A DNA stretch of 64,000 nt. Source: a bacterium (GTDB taxonomy: Bacteria; DRYD01). Under the pieces are notes generated by a model. It worked only from the letters and a program-made list of their open reading frames with translations. It ran no database searches and had not been told where the DNA came from. A program made the translations under genes and the position numbers. Within the stretch, counting starts at the first letter, position 1, and each line of letters opens with the position of its first letter. Of this stretch, positions 26,131 through 35,705 are shown piece after piece. The DNA lies in the NCBI GenBank assembly GCA_030549815.1, contig JAUQQQ010000001.1, positions 90,873-154,872 on the forward strand, read 5' to 3'.

Positions 26131-27723
26131 CTATTTGTTTCTGTATATAACGACTCGCCTGTAAGGTTCCTCTCCTTCACTTTTCGAAAACAATCCATAT
26201 TTTTCCACTAACTCATGTTGTATTTTTCTTATCTCCTGGCTTTGAGGTTCTAACTCTATTTTTTCCAAATTTTGCTCATACATAATCTTAATCTTTTCTT
26301 CAATTTCTTGGACTATTTGGTTTATATCATAATTACTTCCTTCAAAATATCTATCCAATATCTTTGATATTTGAGCAAAAGTATTACTTCTAACTATCAT
26401 TATATTTTTAAGCAATTGTTGAAGTGAAGGATTTTTATGAATTCTTTTCTCTATTTCTTGCTTTTTAGATTTAAGAGTAATGATAAAATCTGCCTGATGG
26501 AGGTCAAAGACTATATCTATGGGTAAATCGAGATCTGAAATTGCCCGTTGTAATCTATCAACACTTATGGCAAAAGGATATATCTTATATCTTTTCTCTT
26601 CAAGTTTCTCAAATTTTTCTTCCTTTTCAACTTTTTCTTTTCTATCATTTTTTAAATCAATCGTTATTTTTTTTTCAAAAGATTCTTTTCGTTCTTCCTT
26701 ACCATACATATATTCTTTTTGTATAACTTTATACCCATTGTTTTCCCTAACCCTTATTTCAGGTTTAATAGGGTATCCTTTAAGTATAAGATCTACAGCC
26801 AATGCAACATTGGAATATATAGCAAACATGTCTCTATCAACTATTTCTACAAGGATATCAAACGTTGGAGGATTTTTTCTTTCCAATACTGTTTTTTGAG
26901 TTCCTCTTCTTCTTGCTTCTTCGTCACTTAAAATAACGGCCTGGATACCTCCAACTAAATCAGAAAGAGTTGGATTAAGAATAAGATTTTCCAAGTTCCT
27001 ACCATGTGCAGTAGCTATCAACTGTACTCCTCTTTCGGCGATAGTTCTTGCTGCATAGGCTTCCTCCTGTGTTCCCATTTCATCTATTATTATCACTTCT
27101 GGCATATGGTTTTCCACAGCTTCTATCATTACTTTATGCTGAAGTTCGGGTGTAGTAACCTGCATCCTCCTTGCTCTACCTATAGCAGGATGTGGTATGT
27201 CTCCATCCCCACCAATCTCATTAGATGTATCAACAATAACAACTCTTTTTTTCAATTCATCATTTATTATTCTTGCTGTTTCTCTAAGGATAGTAGTTTT
27301 ACCAACTCCGGGTTTTCCAAGTAAAAGTAAGCTTTTACCTGTTTTTATGTAATCAAGGATTACATCTGCAGCACCATAAACTGCCCTACCAACTCTACAT
27401 GTTAGTCCAACAATAACTCCATTTCGATTTCTTATGGCAGATATCCTATGTAAAGTTCTGGGAATACCCGCCCTATTATCTTTTCCAAACTCCCCTATCC
27501 TCTTGACAACATACTCTATATCGTCATACATTATTTCTCTTGAAGAGATTATTTCAAAATCGTCTGGAAATCTAATTTCAGGAGTCCTTCCCACATCCAT
27601 TACTATTTCTATGATTTCTGAAATTCTTGGATGCTTCTCTATTTTTGATGAGATGAATGGGGGCAAAACTTGCACCATCAGCAATATTTCTTCAATGTTT
27701 TTATTTTCCATCTTATTTTCCAT
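26131..27723 (-). CDS. Ycf45/SpoIIIAA-like AAA ATPase with C-terminal R3H domain
   Basis: RTLHRIS, GKPGVGKTT, DTSNEIGGDGD, EAVENHMPEVIIIDE, ATAHG; R3H motif IRKIQHELVE..SEGEEPYRRV. Confidence 0.9.
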   Translation of the reverse strand: MENKMENKNIEEILLMVQVLPPFISSKIEKHPRISEIIEIVMDVGRTPEIRFPDDFEIISSREIMYDDIEYVVKRIGEFGKDNRAGIPRTLHRISAIRNRNGVIVGLTCRVGRAVYGAADVILDYIKTGKSLLLLGKPGVGKTTILRETARIINDELKKRVVIVDTSNEIGGDGDIPHPAIGRARRMQVTTPELQHKVMIEAVENHMPEVIIIDEMGTQEEAYAARTIAERGVQLIATAHGRNLENLILNPTLSDLVGGIQAVILSDEEARRRGTQKTVLERKNPPTFDILVEIVDRDMFAIYSNVALAVDLILKGYPIKPEIRVRENNGYKVIQKEYMYGKEERKESFEKKITIDLKNDRKEKVEKEEKFEKLEEKRYKIYPFAISVDRLQRAISDLDLPIDIVFDLHQADFIITLKSKKQEIEKRIHKNPSLQQLLKNIMIVRSNTFAQISKILDRYFEGSNYDINQIVQEIEEKIKIMYEQNLEKIELEPQSQEIRKIQHELVEKYGLFSKSEGEEPYRRVVIYRNK

Positions 27724-27727
27724 ACTT

Positions 27728-28975
27728 TTACTCCATCCTTATTAATACTTTATTTATTCTATTTTTCTTTATTTCAAGTATTTTTAAAACTATATTATCA
27801 ATATTAATAATTTCGCCTTCCTGAGGTATCCTTCCTAATTTTGTGTATATAAGCCCTGATAATGTAGTATATTCTCTTTCATCTTTATCAGGGAATTCAA
27901 ATCCCAAAAATTCTTCCAAAGTATAAATATCTATCTTAGGATTAACAATATACTCAAAATCAGAAATTTTTTGAATATTTTCTTCTTCTATTTCCTTATC
28001 ATGTTCATCATGAATTTTACCCAATAATTCCTGTATTAGATCAGTAATAGTAACTATTCCGCTTGTTCCGCCATATTCATCAACAACAATAGCAATAGAA
28101 GATCTATTTTGTTTCATTATTTCCAATAATTCATATACATTTTTTGATTCAGGTACAATCAAAGGAATTCTGGCAATATCTTTTAGCCTTATATATCCTT
28201 GGTTAGTCAATACGTATTTAAGAATATCCTTAAGGAAGACAACTCCAATAATATTATCAATGCTTTCTTCATAAACAGGATATTTAGAATATCCATATTT
28301 CATAACCACACTGCTTATCTCAGAAATTGTCTTATTAGATTCAAGAGCGACAATATCAACCCTTGGAACCATTATTTCTCTTACCAAAGTATCATCAATA
28401 GATAGGAATTTTTCGATTATCTCCATTCTATAGTCATCCCAATTAAAATCATCTAAGAAAACAATCGCCTCAGCAAAGTATTTCTTACTTAAATCTATAT
28501 CTTGTTCAAAAATTCTCAAAATGAGATTAACAAAATTTCCTAAAATTTTTGATAATGGGATAAGAAAAGAAAAGATTTTCATAAATCCGAACACCACGTC
28601 CAAAAATCTTAAAAACCTATTAATACGAATAAACAAAATATCCTTAACAACAGTATCGATAAAAACCCAAGCAGCCAAATAACCGAATATTAATAAAAAA
28701 GCAACTACAATTTTATTACTAAAAAAATACAATGAAGAAGAAAAAAACACTAATAAGAATAAAATAAATAATAGTAGAACAACATAAATATATTCTTGTC
28801 TCTTTTGAAGAAAAATGTTTACTGTTTCGGTATCATCAACTAAATGAGAATAACTTTTCAATATATACGGAGAGCAGAAGACAAAGTAATAGTATATAGT
28901 TCTAAAAAGCAAAGACAGAATGCCTATTATTACTGTAAAAATGATTATTATACTCTGGTTTTCTATTTCACCCAT
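27728..28975 (-). CDS. Hemolysin/CNNM family CBS-CorC membrane protein
   Basis: TM N-terminus, VREIMVPRVDI, SKYPVY, VVDEYGGTSGIVT, TLSGL. Confidence 0.88.
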   Translation of the reverse strand: MGEIENQSIIIIFTVIIGILSLLFRTIYYYFVFCSPYILKSYSHLVDDTETVNIFLQKRQEYIYVVLLLFILFLLVFFSSSLYFFSNKIVVAFLLIFGYLAAWVFIDTVVKDILFIRINRFLRFLDVVFGFMKIFSFLIPLSKILGNFVNLILRIFEQDIDLSKKYFAEAIVFLDDFNWDDYRMEIIEKFLSIDDTLVREIMVPRVDIVALESNKTISEISSVVMKYGYSKYPVYEESIDNIIGVVFLKDILKYVLTNQGYIRLKDIARIPLIVPESKNVYELLEIMKQNRSSIAIVVDEYGGTSGIVTITDLIQELLGKIHDEHDKEIEEENIQKISDFEYIVNPKIDIYTLEEFLGFEFPDKDEREYTTLSGLIYTKLGRIPQEGEIINIDNIVLKILEIKKNRINKVLIRME

Positions 28976-30262
28976 TTATTTTGTATAAATTTTAATATAC
29001 TTTACTGCATTTCCTTTTACTTCCAATATCTTTATTTTATACCCCTTATATGTTATAATTTCATCCTTTTTAGGTTTTTTCCCTTTCATAATATCATATA
29101 TAAAAGAAGAAATCAATGAATTTTTTTGATCAAAAACATCTCTTATTTCTTCAGGTAATTCATATACATAAGCATCAGTAGAAATGACGTATCCGTCTTT
29201 AACTTTCATTATTTTTGTCTTATCAAGGTCAAATTCATCAAGTATTGTCCCAGTTACTTTACCAAGTATATCATCAAAAGTAATCACTCCTTTATTTCCA
29301 CCAAACTCATCAACCACAACAGCCATTAAAACATGTTCTTTTTTCATTTGATTCAAAGCAGAAAATAAATCCGAATTCTCAGGAATAAAAAGAACCTTTC
29401 TGTTAATTAAACTTATGATTTCTCCAACTGTAAAAACTTTCTTTCTTATTGCTAAAAAAACATCCTTAATATGTAATATTCCAACAACATTATCCACATT
29501 GTCTTTATAAACAGGATACCTACTGTGTAAAGTATTAACAACAACATCGATAACATTTTCAATCCTGTCGTTATAATTAAGAAATATCACATCAGTTCGA
29601 TGGACCATAACATCTTTAACTTTATAATTACCAAGTTCAAGTACTGAATTAACAAAATTGTATAAATTTTCATTCATCTGTCCCGAATCTTTAATTCCCT
29701 TGATAATATCCTTTATTTCATCAATCGTATACTTTATTTCTTTATGCTCAGACGTATCAACCCCAAAAAGAAGAGCAACTTTATTTTGAACAACTTTAAC
29801 AACAAATGTTATAGGCAAAAACAGAAAACTAAAAAATTCAAGCATTAAAGAAGAAAATATTATTACTCTTTCGGAGTTATAAACACCGATCAATTTTGGC
29901 ACCTGCTCACCCAATATTAAATGTAAAAAAGTTATTAAAATAAACGCAAAAACAATAGCTAAAAAATGAGAAGAAAAGAATGCAATACTTTCTACTTTTA
30001 AGATATTAATAAAAATTTTTTCAAGGACATCGGCAAAAGTAGGCTCAGCCAACCAACCTAATATTAAACTAGCTAAAGTAATACCCACTTGACAAGTTGC
30101 TAAATAGTGGTCCATTTTTAAATACTGATTATACGGCAACGAAAACCTAATTTTTTTTAGCTTCAAAGGATTTGAAGAAACAAGTGCAAATTCAGTTAAA
30201 ACAAAAAAACCATTCAAAAATATCAATAAAAACGTAAAAACTAAATTTTTAAAAAACTCCAT
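28976..30262 (-). CDS. Hemolysin/CNNM (DUF21-CBS-CorC) membrane protein
   Basis: NGFFVLTEFAL, QVGITLASL, GEQVPK, HSRYPVY, VVDEFGG. Confidence 0.9.
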   Translation of the reverse strand: MEFFKNLVFTFLLIFLNGFFVLTEFALVSSNPLKLKKIRFSLPYNQYLKMDHYLATCQVGITLASLILGWLAEPTFADVLEKIFINILKVESIAFFSSHFLAIVFAFILITFLHLILGEQVPKLIGVYNSERVIIFSSLMLEFFSFLFLPITFVVKVVQNKVALLFGVDTSEHKEIKYTIDEIKDIIKGIKDSGQMNENLYNFVNSVLELGNYKVKDVMVHRTDVIFLNYNDRIENVIDVVVNTLHSRYPVYKDNVDNVVGILHIKDVFLAIRKKVFTVGEIISLINRKVLFIPENSDLFSALNQMKKEHVLMAVVVDEFGGNKGVITFDDILGKVTGTILDEFDLDKTKIMKVKDGYVISTDAYVYELPEEIRDVFDQKNSLISSFIYDIMKGKKPKKDEIITYKGYKIKILEVKGNAVKYIKIYTK

Positions 30263-31012
30263 TTACCCTCCAAACAATCTAATTAAATTAATCAACACAT
30301 AAGTAATAATAATCCCGAATATAGCACCATTAATAATCTCTTGCAAAGTATGGATTTTTGCTTCTAATCTACTTTGAGCAACAAGAAGTGCCAAAACCAA
30401 AGACATAAAGATAGAAACGTAGTCATTCCAATTATGAATAGCTATAAACGTAAAAGTAGAGAAAGCTAAAGCAGAATGAACACTTATTATCCCACCCTGG
30501 ATATTATCTCCCCTACCCTTAATCCTCATATATAATATCTTAACAAACATCGAAGAAAGTAAAACAAAGACAAAAACGAATAAATATACATATTCAGGTA
30601 AAGCAGAAATCTTCTGGATCAACAACGGAGTATTAGAAGAAATTTTCTTAGAAAATATAATAATACCAACAATTACAGAAAGGACAGCAGAAATAAGGAC
30701 AGCAGCAGCAGATATGTCCTTCACCATCTTTATTCTTTCATCTTTATTACTTTCAACCTTATCAGACAATATCTCAATTGAAGTATTAAACAACTCAGTT
30801 ATAAAAACAAGAGCAACAACGATTAATATAATAACTAATTCCCAAGTAGTTAAACTTAAAAAAAATGTAGATAAAATAACGAATAAAGCAAAAATCAGAT
30901 GTATCCTCAAGTTTCTTTCTTGATAAAAAGCTTCAAACAAACCATTAACAGCATTAGAAAAACTTTCTAATAAACTTGAACTAAGTTTATTTCTTCTAAA
31001 TTTATCCGACAT
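30263..31012 (-). CDS. dgkA: Diacylglycerol/undecaprenol kinase fused to a PAP2-like domain
   Basis: SFSNAVNG, ERNLRIH, ELFNTSIE, KDISAAAV; C-terminal SVHSALAFS, QSRLEAKIHT. Confidence 0.88.
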   Translation of the reverse strand: MSDKFRRNKLSSSLLESFSNAVNGLFEAFYQERNLRIHLIFALFVILSTFFLSLTTWELVIILIVVALVFITELFNTSIEILSDKVESNKDERIKMVKDISAAAVLISAVLSVIVGIIIFSKKISSNTPLLIQKISALPEYVYLFVFVFVLLSSMFVKILYMRIKGRGDNIQGGIISVHSALAFSTFTFIAIHNWNDYVSIFMSLVLALLVAQSRLEAKIHTLQEIINGAIFGIIITYVLINLIRLFGG

Positions 31013-31014
31013 AT

Positions 31015-31404
31015 TTACTTTTCTCCATAGAAATCATTAAAAATCATATCTTGAATTTTTTTAGCCTCACTTTCATCTTTACCAACAGCATGAAGTAAAG
31101 AATGGATTAATACAAGTGACAATTCTTTATAGAATGGATGCTTTATCTTTTTTGCATTTTGTCTAATAATATCCAAACACAAATATATTTGCACAGAATC
31201 ATCATAAATCAATGTTATAGTGTCTGTAAACACATTAATACCCCATATTTGTTTTTTTAATCTTCTTATAGTTCGTGGTTCAACAAAGTCAATTATAACT
31301 ATTTTTTGAATAGGAAAGTAATTCTTAAAAAATCTAAAAACCTTACTACAAATACTTTTTATTTTTGAGTTTTTTGTATTAACTATAAGCTGTTTTTTTG
31401 GCAT
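31015..31404 (-). CDS. ybeY: rRNA maturation endoribonuclease YbeY-like
   Basis: TDTIT, IYLCL..NAK, LIHSLLHAVG; lies between pgpH-like and dgkA, its usual context. Confidence 0.75.
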   Translation of the reverse strand: MPKKQLIVNTKNSKIKSICSKVFRFFKNYFPIQKIVIIDFVEPRTIRRLKKQIWGINVFTDTITLIYDDSVQIYLCLDIIRQNAKKIKHPFYKELSLVLIHSLLHAVGKDESEAKKIQDMIFNDFYGEK

Positions 31405-33493
31405 ACTTAGGGTAATTAATTCTGGTATGATAAGATATATAAAGATTCTTTATTAATGTGTCCTTTATAATACTTAATTCTTTAAAAGTAAGATCAACAT
31501 CAGAGAATTGTCCCTCTTGTTGTAGCCTACTAATAATATTTTCAGTTAATTTTTCAATAGAAGAAAAAGAGTATTCAGATAGAGTTCTAGATGCAGCTTC
31601 AACACTATCACAAATCATAAGAATAACCATTTCTTTAGTATATGGTTTTGGCCCAGGATATTTAAAATCCTCCTCTCTTACATCAAACGAATATTTTTTA
31701 GCAGTATTTTGTAATTTTTTTGCTTTGACAAAGAAATAGAGAATAGTAGTAGTTCCATGATGAGTTTTTATAAATTCTGATATTATAGGTGGTAAATTGT
31801 ATCTTTGGGCAATTTTTACTCCTTCAGAAACATGAGCCTTGATTATCGAAGCACTTAGAAAAGGTTCTTTTTCATCATGGGGATTTTTTTCTCCCTCAAC
31901 CAAATTTTCGACAAAATATTTTGGTCTTAACATTTTTCCTATATCGTGATATAGAGCACCAATTTTAACAAGTATAGGATTAGCCCCGATCGCCAAAGCA
32001 CATGATTCAGATAATTCTGACACTCTTAAACTGTGATTAAAAGTTCCAGGTGCAGCTTTAGAAAATTCAGATAAAAGGGGATTATTCAAATCTAACAACC
32101 ACCTCATCCTATTTATTCCTATACCTTCAATACCAACACCCGCTAATAATACAAAAAAGTAAGTAAGAATAAACGAAAACATAACTGAGACAATAGAGAA
32201 AGAAAAATAAACTACAAAATTATCTATTAACTTAAGTAAAAACATAAATGAAAACTCCACAATAAAAAATATTATTACCCACAACATAAAACCAATATCC
32301 AACCTATTCAAAAGAATACCTAACCTATTATTTTCATTTTTATAAACAAAATAAAAGAAGAATAAAAAAGTGATAACAAAAAATAAAAGTAGATCATAAG
32401 AAAGTATATTACCAAAAATTTGATAATAAGCAATATTATATAAAATTAGGGAACATATAAAAACTATAGAATATAAAACAAAACCACCCACAAAGAAAGC
32501 AAAGAAAAAAGTTGTCCAAAAAGGAATTAAATAAAAAAATGGCTTATCAATCAAAACAATAAAAATTAAACTAAAAAACAGCAAAAAACTAAGATAGTAA
32601 ATCTCTATATTGCTTACTTTTATCTTAATCGAATAAATAAACGATAAAAATAAGAAGAAGAAAATAGAAACAAAAATAGAAGATAAAAGAAACTTTTGTC
32701 TATAATAATCCTTTGTTTTAGTTTCATTTATTATCTTGAAAGCTTCATCACTAATATTTTGTCCCTTTTTAACTATAACAGATCCCTTTTTTAAACTATA
32801 AATCCTGGGTATCTTATTAATCATTTCAATATGTTTTTCTAAAGTTTTTGTAATATTTACAAATTTATTTGGTAATATTAACTTTGCTAAGTTAAGAATA
32901 ACTGCTTCTTTGTATTTTTGCAAGTATTTACTATTTTTTGCTTCTTTTAGATATATATCCAATTGTTCTTCAATTTTTGATAAAATAAAAGGGATTTCAG
33001 ACAAAGTAATTCCTTTTTTATATTCTATTTCCAACATTTCTAATACTATCCTTCGAATTAATTCTATATCTTCCACATTAATTTCTTTCAATAGTTTTAA
33101 GTCCCCTACATTTTGATTATTTTCCAATATTTTAACTTTTTGATTACTCTTTACTTTTTTTAACAATTCAATTTGGAAATCAAAAAAATTATTTACATCA
33201 TAAATAACTTTTTCTGCGATATTATTATCAATATCGTACTCCTTTATTTTATAAACATCTTGAATCTTTTCTAAATATTGCTTTTCATCTATAACTCCCT
33301 CATAATCTTTGAATAATACAATATTAAATTTGGCTATAGAATTAGGTTTTATATCAAAGAAAAGAAGAAGGTAAAAATAGTAAATAATTCCAGAAATAAA
33401 TGAAATTAAAATAATATTTCTTAATATAGGGAGTTTAGCTTTATAAATAGCTATACGATTCTTAATTTTAGAAAATAAATTGAGAAAATACAT
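31379..33493 (-). CDS. 7TM-HD (HDIG) phosphohydrolase, PgpH-like
   Basis: Extracytoplasmic domain plus multiple TMs, APGTFNHS, YHDIGK, HHGT, YPGPKP, CDSVEAASR. Confidence 0.9.
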   Translation of the reverse strand: MYFLNLFSKIKNRIAIYKAKLPILRNIILISFISGIIYYFYLLLFFDIKPNSIAKFNIVLFKDYEGVIDEKQYLEKIQDVYKIKEYDIDNNIAEKVIYDVNNFFDFQIELLKKVKSNQKVKILENNQNVGDLKLLKEINVEDIELIRRIVLEMLEIEYKKGITLSEIPFILSKIEEQLDIYLKEAKNSKYLQKYKEAVILNLAKLILPNKFVNITKTLEKHIEMINKIPRIYSLKKGSVIVKKGQNISDEAFKIINETKTKDYYRQKFLLSSIFVSIFFFLFLSFIYSIKIKVSNIEIYYLSFLLFFSLIFIVLIDKPFFYLIPFWTTFFFAFFVGGFVLYSIVFICSLILYNIAYYQIFGNILSYDLLLFFVITFLFFFYFVYKNENNRLGILLNRLDIGFMLWVIIFFIVEFSFMFLLKLIDNFVVYFSFSIVSVMFSFILTYFFVLLAGVGIEGIGINRMRWLLDLNNPLLSEFSKAAPGTFNHSLRVSELSESCALAIGANPILVKIGALYHDIGKMLRPKYFVENLVEGEKNPHDEKEPFLSASIIKAHVSEGVKIAQRYNLPPIISEFIKTHHGTTTILYFFVKAKKLQNTAKKYSFDVREEDFKYPGPKPYTKEMVILMICDSVEAASRTLSEYSFSSIEKLTENIISRLQQEGQFSDVDLTFKELSIIKDTLIKNLYISYHTRINYPKYAKKTAYS

Positions 33494-33501
33494 TCAATTA
33501 A

Positions 33502-34380
33502 CTATTTCAAAGCCTCTACTCCAGCAGAAATTTCTAACAATTCCTTAGTTATCGATTCTTGTCTTTGTTTAAAGAATAGCAATTTCAAATCTTTTATTAA
33601 TTTTTCGGCATTATCTGTTGCAGTATTCATTGCAGAAAACCGAGCACTAAACTCAGACAGTTTTGCCTCAACCAATAACTTGTATATCAAACTATCAACA
33701 TATAACTCTATTATATAATTTCCTATTACTTCTAAAGAAGGTTCAAATAAAAAATGATCAACAGTTTTCTCGATTTTCTCTTTATCATCACTTTTAAGAT
33801 TCAAAAGGGGTAAAACTTTTTCTACATCAGGTTGATAACGAATAGAATTAATAAACTTTGTATACACAACTTCAACAGAATTAGCATCCTTATTATCCTT
33901 ATAAGCACTGATAACAAATTCATTTATTTTCCTACAAAATTCAAAAGTAGGCACATCAGGTATCTTCTCAAAATTACCCAATATAGTATAATTTCTTTTA
34001 GAAAAGTAAAAATAAGCTTTTTTACCAACCGTTATTAGCTTTACTTTATTCTTATTATACTTTTTTTCAAAGAAATTAAAAAGATTAGTATTATAAGCAC
34101 CACATAATCCTTTGTCAGATGAAATAATCACAACGATTGTTTTATCTGCATTTCTCTCTTTAAAATATTCTAAACTATTCATCATTATCAGAAAATCATG
34201 GTTTCTTAGTAATAGGTTCAATATTTCTTTAATAGAACTAAGGTAGGTTTTAAAAGGGAAAAAAGTTTTTTGAATTTTTTTCAATTTTATACTGGCGATT
34301 AATTTCATTGCTTTTGTAATTTGACGAATATTGTTAGCAGCCTTTATTCTATTTTTTATTTCTTTCAAAGCCATTGACAT
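33502..34380 (-). CDS. atpG: F1 ATP synthase gamma subunit
   Basis: IKNRIK..QITKAMKLIA, SDKGLCGAYN, SEFSARFSAM..ATDNA, RQESITKELLEI. Confidence 0.95.
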   Translation of the reverse strand: MSMALKEIKNRIKAANNIRQITKAMKLIASIKLKKIQKTFFPFKTYLSSIKEILNLLLRNHDFLIMMNSLEYFKERNADKTIVVIISSDKGLCGAYNTNLFNFFEKKYNKNKVKLITVGKKAYFYFSKRNYTILGNFEKIPDVPTFEFCRKINEFVISAYKDNKDANSVEVVYTKFINSIRYQPDVEKVLPLLNLKSDDKEKIEKTVDHFLFEPSLEVIGNYIIELYVDSLIYKLLVEAKLSEFSARFSAMNTATDNAEKLIKDLKLLFFKQRQESITKELLEISAGVEALK

Positions 34381-34383
34381 AAA

Positions 34384-34896
34384 TCAATCACCTGCTTCCT
34401 TTATTTCTTTTGCTTTATCAATTATTAATACACCCTGGGTATGGTCATATTCATGCTGAAAAACAATAGCTCTTAATTGATCCAACTCTTCAATAATTTC
34501 ATTTCCATAAACATCCAAATATTTAACTTTTATTCTTTTACTTCTTTCAACTAAGCATTCTATGTTAGGAATACTCAAACATCCCTCCCATCCCTCTTCC
34601 TTTTCTTGTGAATAATCCAATATTTGAGGATTAATATACACAATAACTTCACTTAGAGAATCATTCTTATCAAAACCTTCTTTTTCAAAGTCTTTTTTTA
34701 TTATAAAAACTTTCTTAGGTACTCCGAGTTGAATAGCTGACAATCCTATACCATCATAGTCATCCATTACTTTAGCCATAATCTTCAAAAATTCGATAAA
34801 TTCTTTCTTTTTAATTTCAGAAATCTTTACTTCTTTAGATTTCTGTCTTAGTAAAGGATTGGGAACTGTTATTAAATCAATTTTATTCCTAACCAT
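34384..34896 (-). CDS. def: Peptide deformylase
   Basis: GIGLSAIQLG, EGCLS, QHEYDH. Confidence 0.96.
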   Translation of the reverse strand: MVRNKIDLITVPNPLLRQKSKEVKISEIKKKEFIEFLKIMAKVMDDYDGIGLSAIQLGVPKKVFIIKKDFEKEGFDKNDSLSEVIVYINPQILDYSQEKEEGWEGCLSIPNIECLVERSKRIKVKYLDVYGNEIIEELDQLRAIVFQHEYDHTQGVLIIDKAKEIKEAGD

Positions 34897-35660
34897 TTGT
34901 TTATGAGGATATCAAACATTTGGATTGCCAATGATATTCTTGCCATAACAGTATATCCAAAAGCCACACCAAAAGCTATCATTAAAAACATAATACCTAT
35001 TCTCACTATATAATTCACGCCTCCCTTAAACTCAGTAGAAAAATAGAAATACAATAAACTACTCAAAACTCCTATTATTATTAGCAAATCAGATATAGTT
35101 GTCCACCAATCCAAACCTTTTTCGTTGAAATAAATAAACGGTGCTATCGTAGAGCTTATTTGCTTAATGACATCGGCAATACCTATGGAATAAATTGTAA
35201 TACCAGCAGTAACTCCAACCATAAAAGCAATAGGTATTCTACTTACCCAACCTATTGAAGGAACCAATTTAAGTAAAACCATAATTCCTAGTAGTGCAGG
35301 TATTAGAATATTTAATATACTAAAAATATTAACGTTAGCAAATCCAAATTCCAGAGATTTACTAACTGCAAAAGGTAAATCAACATTAAAAATAACCAAT
35401 GGATTTACCTGATTACTTATCATTTCACTACGTATAGAATTAGAAATAATTATATTGGAAAAAGCTTGGAAAACATTAGGGTATATGAAGCTCCAATAAG
35501 TAAGAACAAACCAATATCCTGCAGAAACTCCTACAAACAGATGCTCCGCTATTTTATAGTAAAAATTATCTCTATAAAGAAAACTATAAATCGCAAGTAT
35601 TAAAAGAGAAGAAACCCATACTAATATATCATTCGATATATTAAAAATTATACCCATCAA
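34872..35660 (-). CDS. Conserved hypothetical membrane protein
   Basis: Multiple TMs; YSFLYRDN...AEHLFVGVSAGY, SRIPIAF.VG, LYFYFS, LMIAFG..FGYTVMAR. Confidence 0.8.
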   Translation of the reverse strand: MMGIIFNISNDILVWVSSLLILAIYSFLYRDNFYYKIAEHLFVGVSAGYWFVLTYWSFIYPNVFQAFSNIIISNSIRSEMISNQVNPLVIFNVDLPFAVSKSLEFGFANVNIFSILNILIPALLGIMVLLKLVPSIGWVSRIPIAFMVGVTAGITIYSIGIADVIKQISSTIAPFIYFNEKGLDWWTTISDLLIIIGVLSSLLYFYFSTEFKGGVNYIVRIGIMFLMIAFGVAFGYTVMARISLAIQMFDILINKWLGIKLI

Positions 35661-35705
35661 TTATACTATTTAACATTATTAACCAAAACCCTGTTTATTT
35701 TAAGA

